Assembly: GCA_965364305.1 (NCBI GenBank)
Contig: CBDTWX010000002.1
Coordinates: 1-42,080, forward strand
Direction: 5' to 3'
From: an uncultured Thermoanaerobaculia bacterium
GTDB lineage: Bacteria > Acidobacteriota > Thermoanaerobaculia > Thermoanaerobaculales > Sulfomarinibacteraceae
Length of the DNA stretch: 42,080 bases
Part shown: positions 9,150-16,305 of the stretch, piece by piece
Numbering within the stretch: position 1 is the stretch's first letter
Layout: every line of letters begins with the position of its first letter
The notes under the pieces: model-generated
What the model was told of the DNA's origin: nothing
The model's input: the letters and a program-made list of their open reading frames with translations, nothing else
Databases searched by the model: none
Translations under genes and position numbers: made by a program

Positions 9150-9419
9150 ATGACCCACGAACAGGTGAGGATCAGCAACAAGCTCGGGCTTCACGCCCGA
9201 GCCGCGGCCAAGCTGGTCCACACCGCCAGCGCCTTTTCAGCGGAAATCTTCGTCGGAACCGAAAACGAGGAGGTCAACGCCAAATCGATTCTTGGAATCC
9301 TCACACTTGCCGCCACCAAGGGGACGCCGCTGACCGTCCGAGCAGACGGCGCCGACGAAGAGGAGGCTGTCAACGCGATCGTCGAGCTGTTCGCCTCTAA
9401 ATTTGGAGAGGGGCAGTGA
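9150..9419 (+). CDS. ptsH: phosphocarrier protein HPr
   Basis: MTHEQVRISNKLGLHARAAAKLV contains His15, and NAKSILGILTL contains the Ser46-type regulatory site. GAGGAG lies 8 nt upstream of the ATG at 9150. The track start GTG 9141 is an alternative. Confidence 0.9.
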   Translation: MTHEQVRISNKLGLHARAAAKLVHTASAFSAEIFVGTENEEVNAKSILGILTLAATKGTPLTVRADGADEEEAVNAIVELFASKFGEGQ

Positions 9420-11179
9420 GCGAGGCCCTCACCGGACTGGGGGTGAGCCCGGGCATCGCCATCGGCGAACCGGTCATCCACGAGTCCCGCCCCATCTCCA
9501 CATTGCGCATCACGATTCCTGCCGAGGAGGTGGAGGCCGAGATCGAACGTTTCCGACAGGCAGTGACGGCTACTGTCCAACATATCCAGGAAAACCGGGA
9601 CCGCGCGTCGCGCCAGATGGGGGAGGAGTACGCCGCGATTTTCGAGGCACACCAGCTCATCGCCTCCGACCCGTCGTTCGTGGTGCCGGTCGAAAAGGTG
9701 ATCCGAGAAGAGGAGGTCAACGCCGGCTGGGCCATCGATCAGGTGGTCGAAGGCCTCGTTTCCCGATTCGAGGCGCTCCCGGACGAGTACCTTGCAGACC
9801 GAAAGCTGGACGTCCTCGACGTCGCCACTCAGATCCACAATGCCCTCCACGGACTCGATCTCGGCCATCTCGAAAAACTCGATCGCCCGGTGATACTGGT
9901 CGCCGACGACCTGCCCGCATCCACCGCGGTCCAGCTGCCTCTGAACAACATCCTGGGTTTCGCTCTGGAAATGGGTGGAACGACCTCCCATACCACGATC
10001 ATCGCCAGATCGCTGGGCATCCCAGTAATCGTCGGTGCCCGCGGTCTCTGCGAAAAGGCCAAGCGCTCCCGCCATCTCGCCCTCGATGCATTCGAAGGCA
10101 AGATCGTTTTCGATCCGAACCCGGCCGAGATCAGCGAGTACCGGTCCCGGCAACGGGAATACCTCGAGCAGCAATCGACGCTGTTGCAGATGAGGGTCAT
10201 GCCGACGGTCACCCGCGATGGGCATGCGATTCAGCTCCTCGCCAACATCGACCTCCCGGCTGAAATCGAACAGGCTCTGCACTGGAATGTCGAAGGCGTG
10301 GGCCTCTACCGCTCCGAGTTCCTGTACATGAAGATGAGCCCGAATCTTCCCTCGGAAGAGGATCACATCGGCGTGTACCGAGAGATGGTATCGGCGATGG
10401 GGGGCGCCCCGGTCACTATACGTACCTTTGACCTAGGGGGCCGCAAGCTCGCCCGGGAGGTCATCGGAGGCGACGAGGCGAACCCGGTCCTCGGGTTGCG
10501 GGGCATCCGTCTGTGTTTTTCCCAGCCCGAGTTCTTTCGAACACAGCTCCGTGCCCTCCTGCGGACTGCGGGAGAGTTTCCCAGCAATCAGGTGCGAATC
10601 ATGTTTCCGCTGATCAGTGGCATCGAGGAGTTCCGAATTGCGCGGCTTCTGGTCCGCGAGATAACCCAAATCCTGCGTGGGGAAGGCCACGAAATCCACG
10701 AGGAGGTCCCTCTCGGCGCAATGGTCGAGGTGCCGTCCGCGGCGGTGATGGCCCAAGACCTCGCACGAGAGGTCGATTTCATGTCGATCGGTACCAACGA
10801 TCTCATCCAATATTCTCTTGCCGTGGATCGTTCCAACGATCTGGTGGCGGATCTCTACCGACCGACGAACCCCGCAGTTTTGCGGCTGATTGCCAACGTC
10901 GTTGCGGCCGGCAAGGCAGAGGACATCGATGTGTCGATGTGTGGAGAGATGGCCGCAGACCCGCTGATGGTCCCCGTCCTGGTCGGTCTCGGTCTCGACA
11001 AGTTCAGCATGAACCCGCAGGCGATCCCGGTCGTGCGGTCGCTGATTCGACAACTGTCGTACCGCGAGGCAACCAACATCGCCCGGAAGGCGGCCAAGCT
11101 GGTCACCGCCCGCGAGGTCGAGGAATACCTGCTCGAACGGCTGGCATTCCTGCTGGCAAAGACCAAGATTCAGGTTTAA
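9416..11179 (+). CDS. ptsI: phosphoenolpyruvate-protein phosphotransferase (Enzyme I)
   Basis: 587 aa with a GTGA overlap onto the ptsH stop. The phospho-His region GGTTSHTTIIARSLGIPVIVG and PEP-utilising domain motifs (GLYRSEFLYM, IRTFDLGGRK, GTNDLIQYSLAVDR, MCGEMAADP) are present. Confidence 0.95.
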   Translation: MSEALTGLGVSPGIAIGEPVIHESRPISTLRITIPAEEVEAEIERFRQAVTATVQHIQENRDRASRQMGEEYAAIFEAHQLIASDPSFVVPVEKVIREEEVNAGWAIDQVVEGLVSRFEALPDEYLADRKLDVLDVATQIHNALHGLDLGHLEKLDRPVILVADDLPASTAVQLPLNNILGFALEMGGTTSHTTIIARSLGIPVIVGARGLCEKAKRSRHLALDAFEGKIVFDPNPAEISEYRSRQREYLEQQSTLLQMRVMPTVTRDGHAIQLLANIDLPAEIEQALHWNVEGVGLYRSEFLYMKMSPNLPSEEDHIGVYREMVSAMGGAPVTIRTFDLGGRKLAREVIGGDEANPVLGLRGIRLCFSQPEFFRTQLRALLRTAGEFPSNQVRIMFPLISGIEEFRIARLLVREITQILRGEGHEIHEEVPLGAMVEVPSAAVMAQDLAREVDFMSIGTNDLIQYSLAVDRSNDLVADLYRPTNPAVLRLIANVVAAGKAEDIDVSMCGEMAADPLMVPVLVGLGLDKFSMNPQAIPVVRSLIRQLSYREATNIARKAAKLVTAREVEEYLLERLAFLLAKTKIQV

Positions 11180-11187
11180 GCTGGACT

Positions 11188-11571
11188 GTGGAGAGATTCG
11201 TGGAGTTACGAGAAGCAATCGTCGTTGACAAACCCTGGGGATTCGAAGAAATCTTTGCGAATACGCCGAGCTATGTCGGCAAGATCCTCTTTATCCGCCA
11301 AAGCGAGGCCCTGAGCCTGCAATTCCACGAGGTCAAGGAAGAGACCCTTCGAGTTCTTGACGGGGAGCTCGAACTCGTGACCGGCAGTGACGTCGATCAC
11401 CTGACGACTCATCGGCTCACACCGGGTGCCGTTTTTCATATTTCACCGGGTGTACTTCACCGAATGGTCGCCATCACCGACTGCCGCCTGCTCGAGGTTT
11501 CGACCAACCATCTGAACGACGTCGTTCGTCTCGAAGATCGCTACGGTCGAGAGGGAACCAATGCGCCCTGA
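11188..11571 (+). CDS. small cupin-fold protein (mannose-6-phosphate isomerase type II C-terminal-like)
   Basis: Only the C-terminal third of track ORF 10513..11571 lies outside ptsI. It reads KPWGFEEIFANTPSYVGKILFIRQSEALSLQFHEVKEETLRVLDGELEL ... PGVLHRM, a cupin two-motif pattern. GTG starts at 11188 or 11200 are both possible. Confidence 0.6.
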   Translation: MERFVELREAIVVDKPWGFEEIFANTPSYVGKILFIRQSEALSLQFHEVKEETLRVLDGELELVTGSDVDHLTTHRLTPGAVFHISPGVLHRMVAITDCRLLEVSTNHLNDVVRLEDRYGREGTNAP

Positions 11572-11616
11572 GATCGTCTTACTGTGTGGCGGATCTCGAG
11601 TGAAGGGAAAACTGCG

Positions 11617-12318
11617 ATGAGTTCCACAGGAAGATTTCTGGCTCTGGTGATCTCGGCGGCAGTCTGTGCCCTGATCCTTGTATCAGGGCCCGGCGGGGCC
11701 GATCAACCGACACCAACACCCACCGCAACGCCGCCGGCCAAGGACAACCAAAAAGCGTTGTCCGAAGTGGCGAAGACGAAGCCGCTCAAGGGCGCCGAGG
11801 AAGGCAAGAGCATCGTCATAACGAACGAGAACCTCGCCGATTACGCCTCGAAGGGCAGCCTCACCACAACCACCGGCAAGGATACGGCCTCCAAGAGCGG
11901 GCGTCGACCTCTCACCAATCCGGGCAACACGGTCGGCATGGTGGAAGCGCCGTCGGGTGAGGTCGCGCGCACCGACGAACGGAGGCGCTACTGGGTCGGT
12001 CAATACGAGAGGCAGCTCCAGCTGATTGCGTCGATCAAGAACCAGATCGAAGCCCTCGATCGCCAGATTCCCGGTCTGTGGCGTGACTTCTACGCCTGGG
12101 ATGATCCGTCATACCGTGACGGCGTGATCAAACCCAAGCTCGACGACGCACTCAACCGACGAGAGCGTCTCGAGGCCGATCTCGCCCAAGAGGAACCGCG
12201 GCTCCAAGAGATCAAATCGAATGCCCGGCAAGACGGCGCCGAGCCCGGTTGGTTTCGGGGAATCTCTCCACCGACGCCGAAACCTGAAGAGCCAACTCCG
12301 AACATCATGCCTGATTGA
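11617..12318 (+). CDS. secreted hypothetical protein with signal peptide, Pro/Thr-rich linker and C-terminal coiled-coil-like region
   Basis: The ATG at 11617 gives MSSTGRFLALVISAAVCALILVSGPGGA, then PTPTPTATPP, then charged heptad-like sequence (QLQLIASIKNQIEALDRQ). I recognise no family. Confidence 0.5.
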   Translation: MSSTGRFLALVISAAVCALILVSGPGGADQPTPTPTATPPAKDNQKALSEVAKTKPLKGAEEGKSIVITNENLADYASKGSLTTTTGKDTASKSGRRPLTNPGNTVGMVEAPSGEVARTDERRRYWVGQYERQLQLIASIKNQIEALDRQIPGLWRDFYAWDDPSYRDGVIKPKLDDALNRRERLEADLAQEEPRLQEIKSNARQDGAEPGWFRGISPPTPKPEEPTPNIMPD

Positions 12319-12437
12319 GATTAGCTTTAAAAACAAGATTTATTTTTTGTAATTGTTTGACGGGAGCCTTCCGGGTATCGAGCTTCTGTTGCGGAAGATC
12401 GTTTGCGGGGTTACACTCTGCGGGCGTCGAGTGAGAA

Positions 12438-13781
12438 ATGCGAATGAGATCCTATTTCATCGAAACCTGGGGCTGCCAGATGAATCAGCACGACAGCGAG
12501 CTGATCGAGGGACAGCTCCGCGAACTGGGACTTGACGCCGCACCCGAGGTCGCCCAGGCAGACATGGTGATTCTCAACACCTGCTCGGTCCGCGAACGCC
12601 CGATGCAGAAAATAATGAGCCGAATCGGAACGCTCGAGAAGCTCTCACGTCCCCCGGTGATCGGCGTTTGTGGATGCGTCGCACAGCAAGAGGGGAGCTC
12701 GCTCCTGGCGCGATCCGAGTCGGTGGGTTTTGTTCTCGGGCCGGGGGAGATCGGCCGAGTAGGGGAGGCGGTGCGCGCGGTCGAACAAGGCCACCGCCCG
12801 GTCCTCACCGCCTTTGATGCGGAGCGCGAGCACAACTTCGCGACCATTTTTCGCAAGAGCTCCACCCGAGGCATGGTGACGGTCATCGAAGGCTGCAACG
12901 AGTTCTGCACTTTTTGCATCGTGCCTTACACACGTGGACGAGAGATCAGTCGAACCCTCAAAGACATCCTGTGCGAGGTGCGCCACCTGGCCGACGGGGG
13001 CGTGCGAGAGGTCGAGTTGCTCGGGCAGACCATCAATGCCTACCGCTGCCCCGACACGGGTGCCGATTTTGCAGATCTCCTCGAGGCAGTGGCCGCGATC
13101 GACGGACTCGAGAGGGTTCGTTATATCACCTCGCATCCGCGCCACTTCGACGATCGTCTGATTCGAGTTTTGGCGGCCGAACCCAAGGTTTCGCGGTACC
13201 TTCATCTGCCGTTTCAAGCCGGGGCCGACTCGGTGCTCAAGCGGATGCACCGCCGCTACACCCGCACCGAGTACATCGATCTGATCGCGCGTCTGCGCTC
13301 GGCGGTCCCTGACATCAGCCTCTCGACCGATGTCATCGTCGGATTCCCGGGCGAGACCGAGGCCGAATTTGGCCAAACGTTGGAGCTTCTCGAAGATCTT
13401 CGGTTCGGCCAGGTCTTTGCGTTCGCGTTCTCGGCTCGCCCTCGAACGCCGGCCGCACGCTATCAGGACCTGCTCTCGGAGGATGCCAAGAAACAGCGTC
13501 TCCACAGGCTTTTCGAGCTGACCGATCGAATCTCTTTGGAGCTCAACCAGGCTCTGGTCGGCCGCACCGTAGCGGTTCTGGTCGATGGGAACAGCCGACG
13601 AGATTCAGCACACTGGCAGGGCAGGGGAGAGGACAATCGAGTCGTCAACTTTCCCAAAACCGGCTGTGAGGGCATCGGTGATCTAGTCGACGTGAAGATC
13701 ACCGGCGCGGGCTCGCACTCGTTGGTCGGCAGCCGCGCAACCGACAACTCCAGCCTGCCGGTTTTTAGCGTCGGCGCTTGA
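12438..13781 (+). CDS. miaB: tRNA (i6A37) methylthiotransferase
   Basis: The N-terminus is YFIETWGCQMNQHDSE. The radical-SAM motif CNEFCTFCIVPYTRGRE is present, and the C-terminal TRAM-like region has VDVKITG. ATG 12444 is an alternative start. Confidence 0.9.
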   Translation: MRMRSYFIETWGCQMNQHDSELIEGQLRELGLDAAPEVAQADMVILNTCSVRERPMQKIMSRIGTLEKLSRPPVIGVCGCVAQQEGSSLLARSESVGFVLGPGEIGRVGEAVRAVEQGHRPVLTAFDAEREHNFATIFRKSSTRGMVTVIEGCNEFCTFCIVPYTRGREISRTLKDILCEVRHLADGGVREVELLGQTINAYRCPDTGADFADLLEAVAAIDGLERVRYITSHPRHFDDRLIRVLAAEPKVSRYLHLPFQAGADSVLKRMHRRYTRTEYIDLIARLRSAVPDISLSTDVIVGFPGETEAEFGQTLELLEDLRFGQVFAFAFSARPRTPAARYQDLLSEDAKKQRLHRLFELTDRISLELNQALVGRTVAVLVDGNSRRDSAHWQGRGEDNRVVNFPKTGCEGIGDLVDVKITGAGSHSLVGSRATDNSSLPVFSVGA

Positions 13782-13812
13782 CATCGGCCGCGGACACCGA
13801 CACATTGGTTTC

Positions 13813-14313
13813 ATGAGCCACCATATTGACTCGTCGGCAGCGGTCAAGATGACGGTACGGGGTCTGGTCATGGATCCCACTTCCAACAGCCCGGTCGTGA
13901 TTCTCGAGAACAACGACGGCAACACCTTCCTCCCGATCTGGATCGGTGTCTGCGAGGCAAACTCGATCGCGCTCGAGCTCGAGGGGGTCGACACGCCGCG
14001 ACCGATGACCCACGATCTGATTCAGACTCTCATCGAAACCACCGGGCACGTGATCGATCACGTGTTCATTCACACCCTCGACGACAGCGTGTTCATCGCC
14101 TCAATCCAGCTCCGGGACGCCCAGGAGACGACTCATCAGATCGATTCGCGGCCGTCGGACGCGATCGCAATCGCATTGAGGGCGAAGGCGGACGTCCTGG
14201 TCGATCCGTCGGTCCTCGAACGCGCTGTGATGAGCGAGGCCACGGTCGACGAGACCATCCGTTCGATCCTCGAGAAAATGCGGCCGGAAGACATGGGCGA
14301 GTACGAGATGTGA
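13813..14313 (+). CDS. bifunctional nuclease family (DUF151/BFN) protein
   Basis: VRGLVMDPTSNSPVVILENNDGNTFLPIWIGVCEANSIALELEGVDTPRPMTHDL matches the conserved core of the BFN domain as I recall it. Confidence 0.7.
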   Translation: MSHHIDSSAAVKMTVRGLVMDPTSNSPVVILENNDGNTFLPIWIGVCEANSIALELEGVDTPRPMTHDLIQTLIETTGHVIDHVFIHTLDDSVFIASIQLRDAQETTHQIDSRPSDAIAIALRAKADVLVDPSVLERAVMSEATVDETIRSILEKMRPEDMGEYEM

Positions 14314-14340
14314 TCACGGTTACCGCCAGTCCGTCTCGCG

Positions 14341-14370
14341 TTGACACTCGAATAACCGCACCCATATAGT
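14341..14370 (+). promoter_or_regulatory. sigma70-type promoter candidate for parAB (TTGACA, 18 nt, TATAGT)
   Basis: TTGACA at 14341-14346 and TATAGT at 14365-14370. The parA ATG at 14404 is preceded by GGAGAG. Confidence 0.35.
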
Positions 14371-14403
14371 TGCCAGGTCCGAAAGGCTCAGCCCGGAGAG
14401 TTC

Positions 14404-15165
14404 ATGATCATTGCCATCACCAACCAAAAGGGCGGTGTCGGGAAGACCACCACCGCCATCAATCTGGCCGCCGGGCTCGCCCAGAAAGGCCTGAAAACCC
14501 TGCTCGTCGATCTTGATCCGCAGGCCAACTCGACCATGTCCCATACCGATCTCGAGTCGATCAACGGGCACATGTTTGACGTCCTCCGCGGCGAGGTGCC
14601 CCTTGCCGAGATTATCCTGCCCGGAGCTCACGAAAATCTTTTTGTCGCGCCCTCGCGGATCGCGATGGCCAAGCTGGAAGTCAGCCTGGCGGGCGAGCTC
14701 GACGCACCGTATCGCCTCAAAGATGCGATCGAAGGCCTCGAAAACGATATCGACTCCATCATCGTCGATACTCCACCGACCCTCGGTCTTTTGACAGTCA
14801 ATGCCCTCGTAGCGGCATCCCACGTTCTCATTCCCATCCAGGCGTCCTATTTTGCACTTGAGGGTACCGATGATCTGTTGGAGACGATCGACAAAATCAA
14901 GGCTCGGCCAAACACCGAGCTTCGGATGTTGGGGGTTCTTATCACGATGTTCGATCGACGCACCATCCTTGCTCGCCAGGTCCGCGAAGAGATCGTCGAG
15001 GTCTTCGGCGGGCACGTCTTCGATACCGTGATTACCAAGTCTGTACGCCTCGAAGAAAGCCCGGCCCACAGGTCGAGCATCTTCGAGCACGCGCCGTCGT
15101 CGAGCGGTGCGTATGAGTACTACCGTCTTTGCGAGGAGGTTCTGCAACGTGTCGGCTCAGAGTAA
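14404..15165 (+). CDS. parA: chromosome partitioning ATPase ParA/Soj
   Basis: Deviant Walker A (IIAITNQKGGVGKTTTAINLA), plus DLDPQANST and IIVDTPPTLGLLT. Confidence 0.9.
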   Translation: MIIAITNQKGGVGKTTTAINLAAGLAQKGLKTLLVDLDPQANSTMSHTDLESINGHMFDVLRGEVPLAEIILPGAHENLFVAPSRIAMAKLEVSLAGELDAPYRLKDAIEGLENDIDSIIVDTPPTLGLLTVNALVAASHVLIPIQASYFALEGTDDLLETIDKIKARPNTELRMLGVLITMFDRRTILARQVREEIVEVFGGHVFDTVITKSVRLEESPAHRSSIFEHAPSSSGAYEYYRLCEEVLQRVGSE

Positions 15166-16051
15166 GCCCAAGACAGGATTGCCGGCCCACCGGCGGATGC
15201 GCCACGACCGGCACTTCGTTGATGAGCTTGCGCAACGGATGGGGGAGGGAATCGGTCGGATGGTTCGCATCACGACGATCACCAGCAACCAGGATCAGCC
15301 TCGTTCCAACCTCGGCAATCTCGATGATCTGCGGTCCTCCATCGATACTCACGGCGTGCTTGAGCCCCTCCTGGTGCGACGCCTCGAGGGCGGAAAATAC
15401 GAGCTCGTATCGGGTGAACGCCGTTTCCATGCCGCAATGGCGGTCGGTCTCACCGAGGTTCCGTGCATCGAGCTCAGCGTCAACGATCAGCAGGCCTTGG
15501 AGATCGCCCTCATCGAGAACCTGCAGCGCAAAGACCTGACGGCATTCGAGGAGGCCGAGGGGTATTTCACGCTGATCGAAAAATACGAATACACCCACCA
15601 ACAGGTGGGAGAGGCCGTCGGTCGTTCACGGGTCACGGTCACAGAGTCTCTCAGTCTGCTCCAGATCCCGAATCGAATTCGCGACCTATGTCGGCATGCC
15701 GACATCAGTGCCAAGGGAGTGCTCCTCGAAATCGCGAAGGCCGGAGACCATTCCGCTATGGAGCAACTGGTCCGGGAGATCGTGGAGGAGCGCCTCGATC
15801 GCGCGGCCGTTCGCCGGCGTCGAGCAGATCTCGCGGATCCGGCTAGCGATGTTTCAGATCAATCAGAGGAAGTCCGCAATCCGCCCCGCCGGCCATTTAC
15901 GATCAGATTTCGTAACCCCGAAAGAAGCTACTCGATGTCGTTGTCTTTCCGCACCGAGGCCGAGCCCGAGCCTCGACAAGTGATCGAAGCGCTCAAGGAA
16001 ATCATCCAAGAACTCGAGTCGGGTTTAGAGTCCGAAAACGAGCCCTCGTAA
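15149..16051 (+). CDS. parB: chromosome partitioning protein ParB/Spo0J
   Basis: ParB box motifs are present (QPRSNLGNLDDLRSSIDTHGVLEPLLVR, LVSGERRFHAA, LIENLQRKDLTAFEEAEG), as is an HTH region (THQQVGEAVGRSRVTVTESLSLLQIP). The likely start is GTG at 15149, overlapping the parA end. Confidence 0.9.
   Translation: MSAQSKPKTGLPAHRRMRHDRHFVDELAQRMGEGIGRMVRITTITSNQDQPRSNLGNLDDLRSSIDTHGVLEPLLVRRLEGGKYELVSGERRFHAAMAVGLTEVPCIELSVNDQQALEIALIENLQRKDLTAFEEAEGYFTLIEKYEYTHQQVGEAVGRSRVTVTESLSLLQIPNRIRDLCRHADISAKGVLLEIAKAGDHSAMEQLVREIVEERLDRAAVRRRRADLADPASDVSDQSEEVRNPPRRPFTIRFRNPERSYSMSLSFRTEAEPEPRQVIEALKEIIQELESGLESENEPS
15688..15705. promoter_or_regulatory. 18-bp perfect palindrome ATGTCGGCATGCCGACAT inside parB; candidate centromere-like (parS-type) site
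   Basis: The site is self-complementary by hand check. The identical 18-mer recurs within the 20-bp palindrome at 18759-18778. Confidence 0.35.
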
Positions 16052-16120
16052 CGGGGGAGGCGACCGTCGCGGGGATTTCCTGGTATGCCAGTTTTTCGAG
16101 CAAATATGCGGCCTCATCAT

Positions 16121-16210
16121 ATTCAGGTTTACATAATATATCTTATCGGACATTGTAATCGGTCACGGTTTCTGTGGAAAAAACTCATGCTGTGGAAATC
16201 CTGTGGAGAT
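16121..16210. promoter_or_regulatory. AT-rich tract plus three direct CTGTGGA(A/G)A repeats (DnaA-box-like TGTGGAnAn)
   Basis: Boxes are TGTGGAAAA at 16173-16181, TGTGGAAAT at 16191-16199 and TGTGGAGAT at 16202-16210. They differ by 1, 2 and 2 positions from the complement of the TTATCCACA consensus (TGTGGATAA). Positions 16091-16160 are roughly one-third GC by hand count, in an otherwise GC-rich window. Confidence 0.3.
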
Positions 16211-16305
16211 TTTATGCCAACCTCCCCTGGAGGCTTTCACGACGATGCGTGTAGAATTCTCTGGATGACGAACTGCAGCAATTCCAGCCTTGTCGGACGG
16301 CTGAT

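Noticed and set aside
10513-11187. N-terminal two-thirds of the 352-aa track ORF 10513..11571.
   Set aside because: This part overlaps ptsI out of frame and is Arg/Gly/Pro-rich. Only the part after the ptsI stop (from GTG 11188) has a cupin-like sequence.
12319-12437. Promoter or riboswitch upstream of miaB (AT-rich tract; TTGCGG, 17 nt, TACACT at 12389-12417).
   Set aside because: The hexamers are weak, alternative alignments are equally plausible, and I see no recognisable riboswitch structure. The support is too low to list as a feature.
14047-14064. 18-bp perfect palindrome CACGTGATCGATCACGTG inside the BFN gene, about 340 nt upstream of parA.
   Set aside because: It occurs only once and is fully explained by the coding repeat HVIDHV. 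A single 18-bp palindrome in 42 kb is not very improbable; my rough estimate of the expected number is about 0.16. It shares only the CACGTG centre with canonical parS and lacks the flanking TGTT/AACA arms.
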